From an uncultured Actinomycetes bacterium (GTDB taxonomy: Bacteria; Actinomycetota; Thermoleophilia; Gaiellales; Gaiellaceae), in assembly GCA_963825805.1 (NCBI GenBank), contig CAWGVE010000044.1, positions 29,131-93,130 on the forward strand: 64,000 nucleotides of DNA, written 5' to 3'. The position numbers and the translations under genes were made by a program. Below the pieces are notes generated by a model. It was given only the letters and a program-made list of their open reading frames with translations. It was not told where the DNA came from and did no database searches. This document shows, one piece after another, positions 9,046 to 18,032 of this stretch (position 1 is its first letter; every line of letters begins with the position of its first letter).

Positions 9046-9968
9046 TAGGTCGAGAGCACGCCGACGACGTCGCGCACCGCCTCGGCGCTCTGCCCGAGTG
9101 CGTCGCGCTCTTCGTCGGACAGGTCGAGCTCGACGATCTCCTCGATACCGCCGGCGCCCAGCTTCACGGGCACGCCCATGTAGAGGCCGTCGATCCCGTA
9201 CTCGCCCTCGAGCAGCGCCGTGCACGGCAGGACGCGCTTCTGGTCGAGCAGAATCGCGTCGACCATCTCCGCGACCGCCGCGCCGGGCGCGTACCAGGCG
9301 GACGTGCCGAGCAGCTGCACGATCTCGCCGCCGCCCTTGGCGGTGCGCTCGACCATCTGCCGGATCCGCTCCTCGGAGACGAGCTTGGTGAGAGGGACGC
9401 CGCCGACGGTCGCCGCCGAGACGACGGGGACCATCTGGTCGCCGTGGCCGCCGAGCACGAGCGCCTGCACGTCGCGGACGGAGGCGCCCGTCTCCCAGGC
9501 GATGAAGGTGCGGAAGCGCGCCGTGTCGAGGACGCCCGCCTGCCCGAAGACGCGCTCCTTCGAGAGGCCGGAGACGCTCTTGGCCACGTGGCACATCGCG
9601 TCGAGCGGGTTCGAGAGGACGACGATCGTGCACTCGGGGCTCTGGCCGACGATCTGCTCGGTCACCGAGCCGACGATCTTCTCGTTCGTCGTCACGAGGT
9701 CGTCGCGCGACATGCCGGGCGAGCGCGGCAGCCCTGCGGTGATCACGACGACGTCCGAGCCGGCCGTCTCCTCGTAGCCGTTCGTGCCCGTGATCTGGGG
9801 CTCGAAGCCGAGCACCGGGCCCATCTGGTTCAGGTCGAGCGCCTTGCCCTGCGGCAGGCCCTCCTTGATGTCCGTGAGGACGACGTCCGCGTAGTCGCGC
9901 GCCGCGAGGATGTGCGCAGCGGTCGCGCCGGTCGCGCCGGCGCCTACGATCGTGATCTTCCTTCTCAT
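9045..9968 (-). CDS. mdh: malate dehydrogenase (LDH-like family)
   Basis: [15 protein letters not shown] is a Rossmann motif. [16 protein letters not shown] and GGHGDQMVP are catalytic regions. 307 aa. The start overlaps the icd stop. Confidence 0.9.
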   Translation of the reverse strand: MRRKITIVGAGATGATAAHILAARDYADVVLTDIKEGLPQGKALDLNQMGPVLGFEPQITGTNGYEETAGSDVVVITAGLPRSPGMSRDDLVTTNEKIVGSVTEQIVGQSPECTIVVLSNPLDAMCHVAKSVSGLSKERVFGQAGVLDTARFRTFIAWETGASVRDVQALVLGGHGDQMVPVVSAATVGGVPLTKLVSEERIRQMVERTAKGGGEIVQLLGTSAWYAPGAAVAEMVDAILLDQKRVLPCTALLEGEYGIDGLYMGVPVKLGAGGIEEIVELDLSDEERDALGQSAEAVRDVVGVLST

Positions 9969-11062
9969 ACGGCTACCTCGGCCTCCAGCTTCTCGATGAT
10001 CGCGTCCGCGACTTCGCTCGTGCCGACGGCCGTCGGGTCGTCGCGACTCGGCTTCATGTCGTAGGTGACGCTCTCGCCCTCGGCGATCACGGCGGCGATC
10101 GCACGCTCGAGGCGGTCGGCCGCGCCGCGCTCGTCGAGGTGGCGGAGCATGAGGACGCCCGACAGCATCTCCGCGATCGGGTTGACCTTGTTCTGGCCCG
10201 CGTACTTCGGCGCGGAGCCGTGCGTCGGCTCGAAGACGGCGACCGTCTCGCCGTAGTTGCCGCCGGGAGCGACGCCGAGCCCGCCGATCATCCCTGCCGC
10301 GAGGTCGGAGAGAACGTCGCCGTACAGGTTCGGCAGCACGAGCACGTCGTACTCCTCAGGCCGCTGCACGAGCTGCATGCACATGTTGTCCACTATGCGG
10401 TCGTCGAACTCGATGTCGGTGTTCTCGGCCGCGACCTCTCGTGCGACGCGCAGCCAGAGGCCGTCCGTGAACTTCATGATGTTCGCCTTGTGCACGGCCG
10501 TGACCTTGCGGCGGCCGTTGCGGCGCGCGTAGTCGAATGCGAACTCGAAGATGCGGCGCGTGCCGGTGACCGAGATCGGCTTGATCGAGATGCCGGCGTC
10601 GTTGTGGCGCAGCTTCCCGCCCTTCGACTCGATCCAGCGGATCAGTTCCTCGGCGTCGGGAGTCCCTTCCTCGTACTCGATCCCGGCGTAGAGATCCTCG
10701 GTGTTCTCGCGCACGATGATCAGGTCGACGTCCTCGAAGCGGCTGCGGACGCCGGGATAGCTCTTGCACGGACGCACCTGCGCGTACATGTCGAGCTCCT
10801 TGCGGAGCGCGACGTTGACCGAGCGGAAGCCGCCGCCGACGGGAGTCGTGATCGGCCCCTTCAGCGCGACGCCCGTCTCGCGGATCGCGTCGAGGACGTC
10901 GGGCGGCAGCGGGTTGCCACCGTGCCTCTCCATCACGTCCGCGCCGGCCTCGCGCACGTCCCAGTCGAGCTCGGCGCCGGTCGCCTCGAGAACGCGCCGC
11001 GTCGCCTCTGTCAACTCCGGCCCCGTGCCGTCGCCGGGGATGAGAACGACCCTGTGCGCCAT
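9965..11062 (-). CDS. icd: isocitrate dehydrogenase (isocitrate/isopropylmalate dehydrogenase family)
   Basis: [51 protein letters not shown] and [15 protein letters not shown] are family motifs. It lies directly upstream of mdh. Confidence 0.85.
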   Translation of the reverse strand: MAHRVVLIPGDGTGPELTEATRRVLEATGAELDWDVREAGADVMERHGGNPLPPDVLDAIRETGVALKGPITTPVGGGFRSVNVALRKELDMYAQVRPCKSYPGVRSRFEDVDLIIVRENTEDLYAGIEYEEGTPDAEELIRWIESKGGKLRHNDAGISIKPISVTGTRRIFEFAFDYARRNGRRKVTAVHKANIMKFTDGLWLRVAREVAAENTDIEFDDRIVDNMCMQLVQRPEEYDVLVLPNLYGDVLSDLAAGMIGGLGVAPGGNYGETVAVFEPTHGSAPKYAGQNKVNPIAEMLSGVLMLRHLDERGAADRLERAIAAVIAEGESVTYDMKPSRDDPTAVGTSEVADAIIEKLEAEVAV

Positions 11063-11112
11063 CGCGGGCGAGCGTAGCTGAGCGCTTTCCGGAGGCGCGT
11101 CGTTAGGCTCAG

Positions 11113-11619
11113 GTGATGACCCTCGCAGAGGCAGCAGCGCGCGCCGACGAGCTCGCGACGAGCGGCGACGCGCAGGAGCTCGCGACGCTACGCAGCGAGT
11201 GGGACGACGAGCTCGAGGCAGCCGCGCGCAGCGCGGACTTTCGCGAACGGGCGCTTGCTTTCCGCGCCGTCGGCATGTTCCGCTGGCGCGCGAAGGAGGA
11301 GCTGCTGCGGCGGGGCCTCGACGACGGCAGCCCGGCGGCTCGCGGCTCCGCGCTCCTCTCGCTCGAGCTTCTCTCGCGCGACCACCCGAGCACGGTCAAC
11401 TCGATCCGGCCGCTCCTGCACAAGATGCTCGCCGACGAGGACGAGAACCCGGCGGTACGGCGGCTCGCCGTGCTGGTGCTCAAGAACGGCTCGGCTCCGC
11501 GCGACACGATCGTCCTGCTCGAGGGGCTGGCGGCGGACGACGCCGCTCCCGGCGATCTGCAGCAGGCGGCCGGCACCGTGGCGCAAGGACTGAAGCGGAA
11601 GGCGCGGGAAAAGCACTAG
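11113..11619 (+). CDS. HEAT-repeat-like protein
   Basis: 168-aa helical protein with repeated 'D..PAVR..A...L' units ([28 protein letters not shown]). Coding-like codon bias. Confidence 0.5.
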   Translation: MMTLAEAAARADELATSGDAQELATLRSEWDDELEAAARSADFRERALAFRAVGMFRWRAKEELLRRGLDDGSPAARGSALLSLELLSRDHPSTVNSIRPLLHKMLADEDENPAVRRLAVLVLKNGSAPRDTIVLLEGLAADDAAPGDLQQAAGTVAQGLKRKAREKH

Positions 11620-11632
11620 TGCGCTAAGCGCG

Positions 11633-11806
11633 TCAGGCGGTGCAGCTTGCGCAGACGCGTGCCTGGATCTCCCGGCCGCAGGAGGGGCAGACGCGCTTGC
11701 GCCGACGGTGCTCGAGCGCGCTCTTCTGGAGGCCCGCCTGGACCATGAGCCAGCCGGCGCCGAGCGTGGCGACGGCGGCGAATGCGACGTGCGGATCGAG
11801 GTGCAT
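11633..11806 (-). CDS. small membrane protein with a C-terminal CxxC...CxxC zinc ribbon (below the ORF-track size cutoff in its true extent)
   Basis: ATG 11806 lies 6 nt after the xerD stop. The product is MHLDPHVAFAAVATLGAGWLMVQAG...RVCPSCGREIQARVCASC. Third codon positions are G/C-rich. Confidence 0.4.
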   Translation of the reverse strand: MHLDPHVAFAAVATLGAGWLMVQAGLQKSALEHRRRKRVCPSCGREIQARVCASCTA

Positions 11807-11811
11807 GCCTA

Positions 11812-12726
11812 CTACTTCCTTGTCGCTTGCGATGCGGATTGCCTGCGGCGCGCATGCGGGTGCGCCTGGAAATACAACTCGCGCCGCCGTCGATCGGATA
11901 CGTGCGTGTACAGCTCGGTCGTCGCGAGGTCCGCGTGGCCGAGCATCTCCTGCACGGCGCGCAGATCCGCCCCGCCTTCGAGCAGGTGCGTGGCGAACGA
12001 GTGGCGCAGGAGGTGGGGATGGATGCGCTCGGGCTCGAGCCCTGCCTTCTCCGCCAGCCGCCGCAGGATGAAGAACACGCCCGCACGGGTCAGCGCGCCG
12101 CCGTTCGCGTTGAGGAACAGCTCCTGCCGGTTGCGCCGCTCGAGGAAGGGGCGGCCGCGCGCGAGGTAGCGCCGGAGCGCCTCGACGGCCTCGCGCCCGA
12201 CCGGGACGACACGCTCCTTGTTCCCCTTGCCGAGGCAGCGGACGAGGCGGTTCTCGAGGTCCACGGACTGCCGGTCGAGCGACACCGCCTCGCTCACGCG
12301 CAGCCCGGCGCCGTAGAGGAGCTCTGCGAGGGCGCGGTCCCGGAGGGCGCGCGGCGTCGTGCCCGCCGCCGCGTCCAGGAGCCGCTCGACCTCGGCGGGC
12401 GAGAGCGTGCGCGGCAGCGTCCGGCGGCGCTTCGGGAGCTCGACGCTCGCGGCCGGGTTGTCCGTGCGCGCGCCCAGGAGCATCTCGTGGCGGAAGAAGG
12501 AGCGGACGGCGGCCAGCCTGCGCGCGATCGTCGTCGGCGCGAGGCCGTCCGCGCGCAGCTGCGCCACGTAGGCGGCGAGGTCGTCGGCGCTCGCCTCGGA
12601 AGGCGAGCGGTCGAGCCACGTGGCGAGGTGGGAGAGGTCGCGCCGATACGCCTCGACGGTGCGCGGTGCGAGCCTGGCGGCGGCGAGAGCGAGGAAGCCC
12701 TCGACGGCGGGATCGGAGGTCGGCAC
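11812..12726 (-). CDS. xerD: site-specific tyrosine recombinase XerD
   Basis: 304 aa. N-terminal SAM-like domain. Catalytic residues sit in ...LLYGAGLRVSE..., HLLRHSFATHLLEGGADLRAVQEMLGHADLATTELYTHV (R-H-R-Y). Confidence 0.85.
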   Translation of the reverse strand: MPTSDPAVEGFLALAAARLAPRTVEAYRRDLSHLATWLDRSPSEASADDLAAYVAQLRADGLAPTTIARRLAAVRSFFRHEMLLGARTDNPAASVELPKRRRTLPRTLSPAEVERLLDAAAGTTPRALRDRALAELLYGAGLRVSEAVSLDRQSVDLENRLVRCLGKGNKERVVPVGREAVEALRRYLARGRPFLERRNRQELFLNANGGALTRAGVFFILRRLAEKAGLEPERIHPHLLRHSFATHLLEGGADLRAVQEMLGHADLATTELYTHVSDRRRRELYFQAHPHARRRQSASQATRK

Positions 12727-12773
12727 GCGCCTGACTTCGGCCTCGCGCTGCCTACGCCTTCCACAATGCGGGC

Positions 12774-13043
12774 GTGGAGCGCAGGCGCGTCGTCGTGCAC
12801 GGCTTCGTCCAGGGTGTCGGGTTCCGGTACGCGGTCGAACGGGCCGCTCGCTCGCGCGGAGTCGCCGGCTGGGTGCGGAACCGGCCTGACGGGACGGTGG
12901 AGGCGGCCTTCGAGGGCGAGCCGGAGGACGTCGAGGCGCTCGTGGACTTCTGCCGGAAGGGGCCGCGGGGCGCCGAGGTCGAACGGGTCGAGGTCGCGCT
13001 CGAGTCAGCCGAGGGGCTGAGCGGTTTCCGCGTCGCCGGCTGA
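12774..13043 (+). CDS. acyP: acylphosphatase
   Basis: 89 aa. [12 protein letters not shown] and [12 protein letters not shown] are the two acylphosphatase signatures. Confidence 0.85.
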   Translation: MERRRVVVHGFVQGVGFRYAVERAARSRGVAGWVRNRPDGTVEAAFEGEPEDVEALVDFCRKGPRGAEVERVEVALESAEGLSGFRVAG

Positions 13044-14006
13044 CGGCACGGCCGGCCGCAGCGGCCGCAGCTGGTCTGCCTTTGCCCAGACGATCTCGCC
13101 ACGAACGAGCTCCAGCTGGTCGACGTCCTCGCGCCGCAACCTCGCGGTCATCCGCTCGCCGCTGCCGTCGGCGAGCTCGACGCGGACGTCGGCGCCGACG
13201 ACGACGATCCGCTCGATCTCCACCTCGACGGCGCCGTCGCCGGGGAACCGGTCGAGCACGATCTCGTGGGGCCGCACGAACCCGTCGCCGAGGCGGAACG
13301 CGTCGCCGAGGAAGCGCAGCACGAACTCGGAGGCGGGACGGTCGTAGAGGTCGGCGGGCGAGCCGACCTGCTCGAGCTGCCCGTGGTTGAGGACGGCGAC
13401 GCGGTCGGAGACCTCCATCGCCTCCTCCTGGTCGTGGGTGACGAAGACCGTAGTGACGTGCACCTCCTCGTGCAGCCTGCGCAGCCAGTCGCGCAGCTCG
13501 GCCCGGACACGCGCGTCGAGCGCCCCGAACGGCTCGTCGAGCAGCAGGACCTCCGGCTTCGCGGCCAGTGCGCGGGCAAGCGCCATCCGCTGGCGCTGGC
13601 CGCCGGATAGCTTGGACGGGTAGCGGTCGCCGAAGCCCTGAAGTTGCACGAGCTCGAGCAATTCGTCGACGCGCTCGCGGATCTCCTGCTTCGGACGCTT
13701 TCGGATCGAGAGCGCGAAGCCGACGTTGTCGCGGACAGTCATGTGCTTGAACGCCGCGTAGTGCTGAAAGACGAAGCCGACGTCGCGCCGTTGGGGCGCG
13801 AGCCTTGTGGCGTCCTCGCCGGAGAGCAGCACCTCGCCGGAGTCGGGGCGCTCGAGGCCGGCGACGATGCGCAGCAGGGTCGACTTGCCGGAGCCGCTGG
13901 GCCCGAGCACCGCCGTGAGCGAGCCCTGCGGGATCTCGAGCGAGACGTCGTCGACGGCGAGGAACGAGCCGAAGCGCTTCGTGACGTTACGGATCTCGAT
14001 CGACAC
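13005..14006 (-). CDS. cysA: sulfate/thiosulfate ABC transporter ATP-binding protein
   Basis: GPSGSGKST is Walker [16 protein letters not shown] is the ABC signature, [11 protein letters not shown] is Walker B. A C-terminal TOBE-like domain is present. It is the last gene of sbp-cysTWA. Confidence 0.9.
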   Translation of the reverse strand: MSIEIRNVTKRFGSFLAVDDVSLEIPQGSLTAVLGPSGSGKSTLLRIVAGLERPDSGEVLLSGEDATRLAPQRRDVGFVFQHYAAFKHMTVRDNVGFALSIRKRPKQEIRERVDELLELVQLQGFGDRYPSKLSGGQRQRMALARALAAKPEVLLLDEPFGALDARVRAELRDWLRRLHEEVHVTTVFVTHDQEEAMEVSDRVAVLNHGQLEQVGSPADLYDRPASEFVLRFLGDAFRLGDGFVRPHEIVLDRFPGDGAVEVEIERIVVVGADVRVELADGSGERMTARLRREDVDQLELVRGEIVWAKADQLRPLRPAVPSAGDAETAQPLG

Positions 14007-14801
14007 CTAGACGGCCTCCTTCGGCTTCGTGAGCATCATCAGGATGAGCACGAGCACGGCGATAACCGCAAGCACGACGGCTATGGCGTACGCGCCGCTC
14101 GTCTGGAAGCCCTGGTACAGGTCGTCGATTCGCGTCGTGGCCGTCTCGGTCTTCCCCTCGATCCGTCCCGACACGACAGCCACGGCTCCATACTCGCCGA
14201 GGCAGCGCGCCGTCGTGAGGATGACGCCGTAGATGATGGCCCAGCGGATCGACGGCAGCGTGATCCGCCAGAACCGCTGCCAGCGAGTCGCGCCGAGGGT
14301 TGCGGCGGCCTGCTCCTGCTCGTTGCCGAGCTCGCGCAAGGTCGGGATCACCTCGCGGGCGACGAACGGGACCGACACGAAGATCGTCGCGAGCACGATC
14401 GCCGGCAGCGCGAACAGAACCTGGAAGCCGTGCGCCGACAGCCAGCTGCCGAACCAGCCGCCGCGCGGTGCGTAGAGGAGGAAGAGACAGAGGCCGATGA
14501 CGACGGGCGAGACGGCCAGCGGAAGGTCGATGAATGCGTTCAGCAGTCCTTTGCCGCGAAAGCGGCGGCGCACGATCGCGAGCGCGCAGAGCACGCCGAA
14601 GACCGTGTTGAGCGGAACGGCAATCGCCGCCGCTATCAACGTGATCTCGAAGGCGTGCACGGTGAAGGGATCCGAGAGAGCCTGCCAGACCGGTTCGAGC
14701 CCGTTCTGGAACGTGCGGTAGAAGACCATCACGAGCGGCGCAAGCAGAATGACCACCAGGTAGGCGAGCGCCACGGCGCGCAGGGCGAGCCGCCTAGGCA
14801 C
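14007..14801 (-). CDS. cysW: sulfate ABC transporter permease CysW
   Basis: 264-aa polytopic protein with an EAA-type loop (EQEQAAATLGATRWQRFWRITLP). It abuts cysA and overlaps cysT. Confidence 0.9.
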   Translation of the reverse strand: MPRRLALRAVALAYLVVILLAPLVMVFYRTFQNGLEPVWQALSDPFTVHAFEITLIAAAIAVPLNTVFGVLCALAIVRRRFRGKGLLNAFIDLPLAVSPVVIGLCLFLLYAPRGGWFGSWLSAHGFQVLFALPAIVLATIFVSVPFVAREVIPTLRELGNEQEQAAATLGATRWQRFWRITLPSIRWAIIYGVILTTARCLGEYGAVAVVSGRIEGKTETATTRIDDLYQGFQTSGAYAIAVVLAVIAVLVLILMMLTKPKEAV

Positions 14802-15630
14802 GTTCGTACCGAGTGACGTAGAAGCGCAAGGCGCCGATGGCGAGGAGCACCACGAAGGCCGCCCCGAGGAGCACGATCGCGACGGCTGAGGCCTCGGCAG
14901 GCTGGCCGTCCTGGATCACGTTGAAGATGTAGACCGAAGCGACCTGCGTGTTGAGCGTGGCCCCTGCGACGAGGACGATCGAGCCGATCTCGCCGAGCGC
15001 TCGCGCGAAGGCGAGGACGGAGCCGGAAAGAATGCCGGGCAGGATGTTCGGCAGCACGATCCGCCGGAAGACGGTGAACTGTCCCGCGCCGAGCGAGCGA
15101 GCAGCCTCCTCCATCTCCACGTCGAGCTCGAGCAGCACCGGCTGCACCGTCCGGATGACGAACGGGAGCGTGACGAAGCAGAGGGCGAGCACGATCGCCG
15201 TTCGCGTGTAGGCGACGTCGATCCCGACCGGCGAATTCTGACCGTAGAGCGCGAGCAGCGTCAGACCGGCGACGATCGTCGGGAGCGCGAACGGCAGGTC
15301 GATGACGGAGTTGACGAGGGACTTGCCGCGGAAGTCGTCGCGGACGAGCACCCAGGCCGTGATCGTGCCCAGGACGCCGTTGATCAGGACGACGACGACG
15401 GCCGCCCCGAACGTGAGCTTGAGCGCTCCCACTGCTTGAGGGTCGGAGATCGCCTGCCAGAACGCGTGCAGGCCGTCCCGCTTGGATTCCCAGAGGAGCG
15501 CTGCGATCGGCAGGGCGACGATCACCGACAGGTAGGTGGAGATGACGCCGACGGACAGGGCCGTGCTGCCCCGTCCGTCGGCGCTGACGTTGCGCGAGAT
15601 CCGCTGTGCAGATGCCGCGAGACTGCTAAT
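14794..15630 (-). CDS. cysT: sulfate ABC transporter permease CysT; start uncertain
   Basis: Permease body with EAA loop (EMEEAARSLGAGQFTVFRRIVLP) and FALPTIVAGL. There is no ATG/GTG/TTG between the sbp stop and TM1, so a possible ATT start at 15630 overlaps the sbp TAG. The N-terminal ~50 aa of track ORF 14794..15780 is an out-of-frame shadow of sbp. Confidence 0.85.
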   Translation of the reverse strand: MSSLAASAQRISRNVSADGRGSTALSVGVISTYLSVIVALPIAALLWESKRDGLHAFWQAISDPQAVGALKLTFGAAVVVVLINGVLGTITAWVLVRDDFRGKSLVNSVIDLPFALPTIVAGLTLLALYGQNSPVGIDVAYTRTAIVLALCFVTLPFVIRTVQPVLLELDVEMEEAARSLGAGQFTVFRRIVLPNILPGILSGSVLAFARALGEIGSIVLVAGATLNTQVASVYIFNVIQDGQPAEASAVAIVLLGAAFVVLLAIGALRFYVTRYERA

Positions 15631-16633
15631 GCGTGGGGCCTCCGACCGCGCGCTCGATGGCGACCATCCGGCCGTTTTCCAGGTCGAACCAGACCTTGTT
15701 GGCCTTACGCCAGCCGCCGAAGAGTTTGTCGTTGATGTTGAAGGTCGGGCCGGTGTTGTACTTCTTCTGCCAGCTCGCAAGGTCGGGGCTCTTGAGTACC
15801 GACCTCACGACCGGCCGGTAGCCGTTGGCCGCGAAGAGCTTCTGCTGCTTCGGCGCGTGGACGTACTTGATGAACGCCTTGGCTGCCGCGGGTGCCGACT
15901 TCGTTGCCACCATCGGCAGTTGGATCAGCATCGTCGGCTTGGGGACGACGAGCGTGCCTTTCTGGCCGGCGCCGAAGGCTGCGTACGCCTCGCTCTCGTA
16001 GGTGATCAGGACGTCACCCTGGCCGGCGAAGAACGCACTGGCCGCGTTCGAGCCGGACGAGGGCTGCGAGACCACGTTCTTGAACAGCTTGGTCACGAAC
16101 TGAATGGCCTTCTTGCTGCTCATGCCCGCCTTCCGCGCCTGACCGTAGGCAGCGAGCACGTTCCACTTCGCCGAGCCCGAGGGGAACGGATCCGGGGTCA
16201 CGACCTGCACGCCCGACTTGGTCAGGTCTTTCCAGGTGTGGATGTGCTTCGGGTTGCCCGGCCGCACGACGAAGGCCACGACCGAGTCGGCCGCGATCCC
16301 GTCCTGCGGCGTCTTCGTCCAACTCTTCGAGACGAGACCCGCGTCGACGATCGTGTCGATGTCGAGCCCGGTCGAGAGAAACGCGAGATCGGCCGGCTGG
16401 CCGGCGACGATCGCCTTGGCCTGTGAGCCCGAAGGCCCATAGGACTGCGAGAAGGAGACGCCCTGACCGGCGGGCTGGTGCTGGAAACGCGCGATCAGTT
16501 TCCCCATCACCGTCTTCGGGGTCGAGTATGCGACGAGGTTCAGCGTCGTCCCGGCCTGGCGAGCCTGTGCAGCGCTGCTCGCACAGCCGAACAGGACGGG
16601 AAGGATCAGTGCTACGAGGAGGAATCTCCGCAT
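15626..16633 (-). CDS. sbp: sulfate/thiosulfate-binding periplasmic lipoprotein
   Basis: Lipoprotein signal MRRFLLVALILPVLFGC. The Sbp/CysP-like body includes SYGPSGSQAKAI, VVRPGNPK and SGSAKWN. It is the first gene of the cys transport operon. Confidence 0.85.
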   Translation of the reverse strand: MRRFLLVALILPVLFGCASSAAQARQAGTTLNLVAYSTPKTVMGKLIARFQHQPAGQGVSFSQSYGPSGSQAKAIVAGQPADLAFLSTGLDIDTIVDAGLVSKSWTKTPQDGIAADSVVAFVVRPGNPKHIHTWKDLTKSGVQVVTPDPFPSGSAKWNVLAAYGQARKAGMSSKKAIQFVTKLFKNVVSQPSSGSNAASAFFAGQGDVLITYESEAYAAFGAGQKGTLVVPKPTMLIQLPMVATKSAPAAAKAFIKYVHAPKQQKLFAANGYRPVVRSVLKSPDLASWQKKYNTGPTFNINDKLFGGWRKANKVWFDLENGRMVAIERAVGGPTH

Positions 16634-16655
16634 CTGGGCGTGACCTTTCTTGGAT

Positions 16656-16676
16656 TGCCTACAGGTCTAGTAGGTA
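16656..16676. promoter_or_regulatory. imperfect inverted repeat (TGCCTAC-N7-GTAGGTA) in the A/T-richer sbp upstream region; candidate Rrf2/CymR-type operator
   Basis: Read directly: cctac (16658-16662) pairs with gtagg (16670-16674). It lies 23-43 nt upstream of the sbp start and directly downstream of the Rrf2 regulator gene. Confidence 0.3.
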
Positions 16677-16729
16677 TTTGCTGCGCTGATTATTGCCATA
16701 AGGAAACGCACGCCGCAAGCCCTAACTGT

Positions 16730-17128
16730 TTAGCGTTTTGTGAGGTCGGCGAGCGTCGTCTGCTCGAGCACGTCGCGCATCCCCGTCCGCAGGTCGAGCC
16801 AGACGTTGCGCAGCCCGGCGGCCGCGCCCTCGTACTCCAGCTCGTCCGGGCGCACGCCGCGGACGGTGGCGATCGGCCCCTCGAGCTCGCGGATCACGTC
16901 GGCGATCGAGATCTCCTCCGCCGGCCGCGCGAGCTGATAGCCGCCTTCGGCGCCGCGCTGGCTCGCCACCAGGCCGCCGCTGCGGAGCTGGGAGAGGATG
17001 CTCTCGAGGAACTTGGGCGGGATGTGCTGCGCCGACGCGAGCTGCTCGGCCGTCATGAGGCCGGGCGGCGCGGCGGCCAGCTCGGCCATCGCCCGCAGCG
17101 CGTAGTCGACCTTCGCCGAGACCCGCAT
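16730..17128 (-). CDS. Rrf2-family transcriptional regulator (CymR/IscR-like; no obvious 3-Cys cluster)
   Basis: MRVSAKVDYALRAMAELA...IPPKFLESILSQLRSGGLVASQRGAEGGYQLARP is the canonical Rrf2 winged helix. Confidence 0.85.
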   Translation of the reverse strand: MRVSAKVDYALRAMAELAAAPPGLMTAEQLASAQHIPPKFLESILSQLRSGGLVASQRGAEGGYQLARPAEEISIADVIRELEGPIATVRGVRPDELEYEGAAAGLRNVWLDLRTGMRDVLEQTTLADLTKR

Positions 17129-17146
17129 GTGCGCATTCTGGCGGCC

Positions 17147-17989
17147 TCAGCTACGGGGATGCGCGCGGTCGTAGACCCGCCGCAGATGGCGCGGGTCGAC
17201 GTGGCTGTAGATCTGCGTGGTCGAGAGCGAGCTGTGGCCGAGCAGCTCCTGGATCGTGCGGAGGTCGGCGCCGCCGTCCAGTAGGTGCGTCGCAAAGGCG
17301 TGCCGCAGCCGGTGCGGGTGGGGGACGATGCGCCTGAGCGTGCTCGTGTCGAGGCGGCGGCCGCGCGCCGAGAGGAAGAAGGCGTCGTTCGCGCCCTTTG
17401 CAAGCGAGGGCCGCGCCTCGCGCAGGTAGCGGGCGAGCCAGAGCGCGGCCTCCTCGCCGAGCGGCACGACGCGCTCCTTGCCGCCTTTGGCGCGGCGGAC
17501 ATGCACGAGCTCCTGCTCGAAGTCGACGTCGCCGAGGTCGAGCCCCACGGCCTCGGCGCTGCGGAGCCCTGCCGAGTAGACGAGCTCGACGAGCGCGCGG
17601 TTTCGCAGCGGGATCGGGCCGTCTCCCTCGAGCGCCTCGAGCGTGCGCTCGACCTCGGCGGCGGCCGGAGCATCGGGCAATCGGCGTGCGCGCCGCGGCG
17701 CGAGCCGGGCGTCGGGGACGCGCTCCGGGCCGAGCGCGTGCCTGAGAAAGGCGCGGACGGCGGCCAGCTTGCGGCTGATCGTCGAGGGGGCGAGCTTTCG
17801 ACCGCGCCGGCCACCCCCGAGCCAGGCGACGTAGTCGGCCAGAACGCGGACGTCGACGTCGTTCAGCCCCGTACCGCGCTCCTCGAGCCAGCCGCAGAAC
17901 TCGTCGACGTCGCCTCCGTAGGCGCGCCGGGTGCTCTTGCTCAACGCCGGCGAGGCGAGAAAGCGGTCGGCCGCTGTACGTGCCTCCAC
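17147..17989 (-). CDS. xerC: site-specific tyrosine recombinase XerC; start taken as GTG 17989
   Basis: ELVYSAGLRSAE, HRLRHAFATHLLDGGADLRTIQELLGHSSLSTTQIYSHV. The N-terminal 78 aa of track ORF 17147..18223 would run into sdhA and looks non-coding. Confidence 0.8.
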   Translation of the reverse strand: MEARTAADRFLASPALSKSTRRAYGGDVDEFCGWLEERGTGLNDVDVRVLADYVAWLGGGRRGRKLAPSTISRKLAAVRAFLRHALGPERVPDARLAPRRARRLPDAPAAAEVERTLEALEGDGPIPLRNRALVELVYSAGLRSAEAVGLDLGDVDFEQELVHVRRAKGGKERVVPLGEEAALWLARYLREARPSLAKGANDAFFLSARGRRLDTSTLRRIVPHPHRLRHAFATHLLDGGADLRTIQELLGHSSLSTTQIYSHVDPRHLRRVYDRAHPRS

Positions 17990-18032
17990 AGAAGACGGTT
18001 CGCCGCGCCCTGTGCGCTTCCCTTTCGTTAGC

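Noticed and set aside
11812-12726. Tyrosine recombinases (also 17147..17989) as markers of an integrated mobile element
   Set aside because: Both have the XerD/XerC domain layout and catalytic motifs and sit among core genes. They have no flanking repeats, no tRNA target and no cargo, so they are housekeeping dif recombinases.
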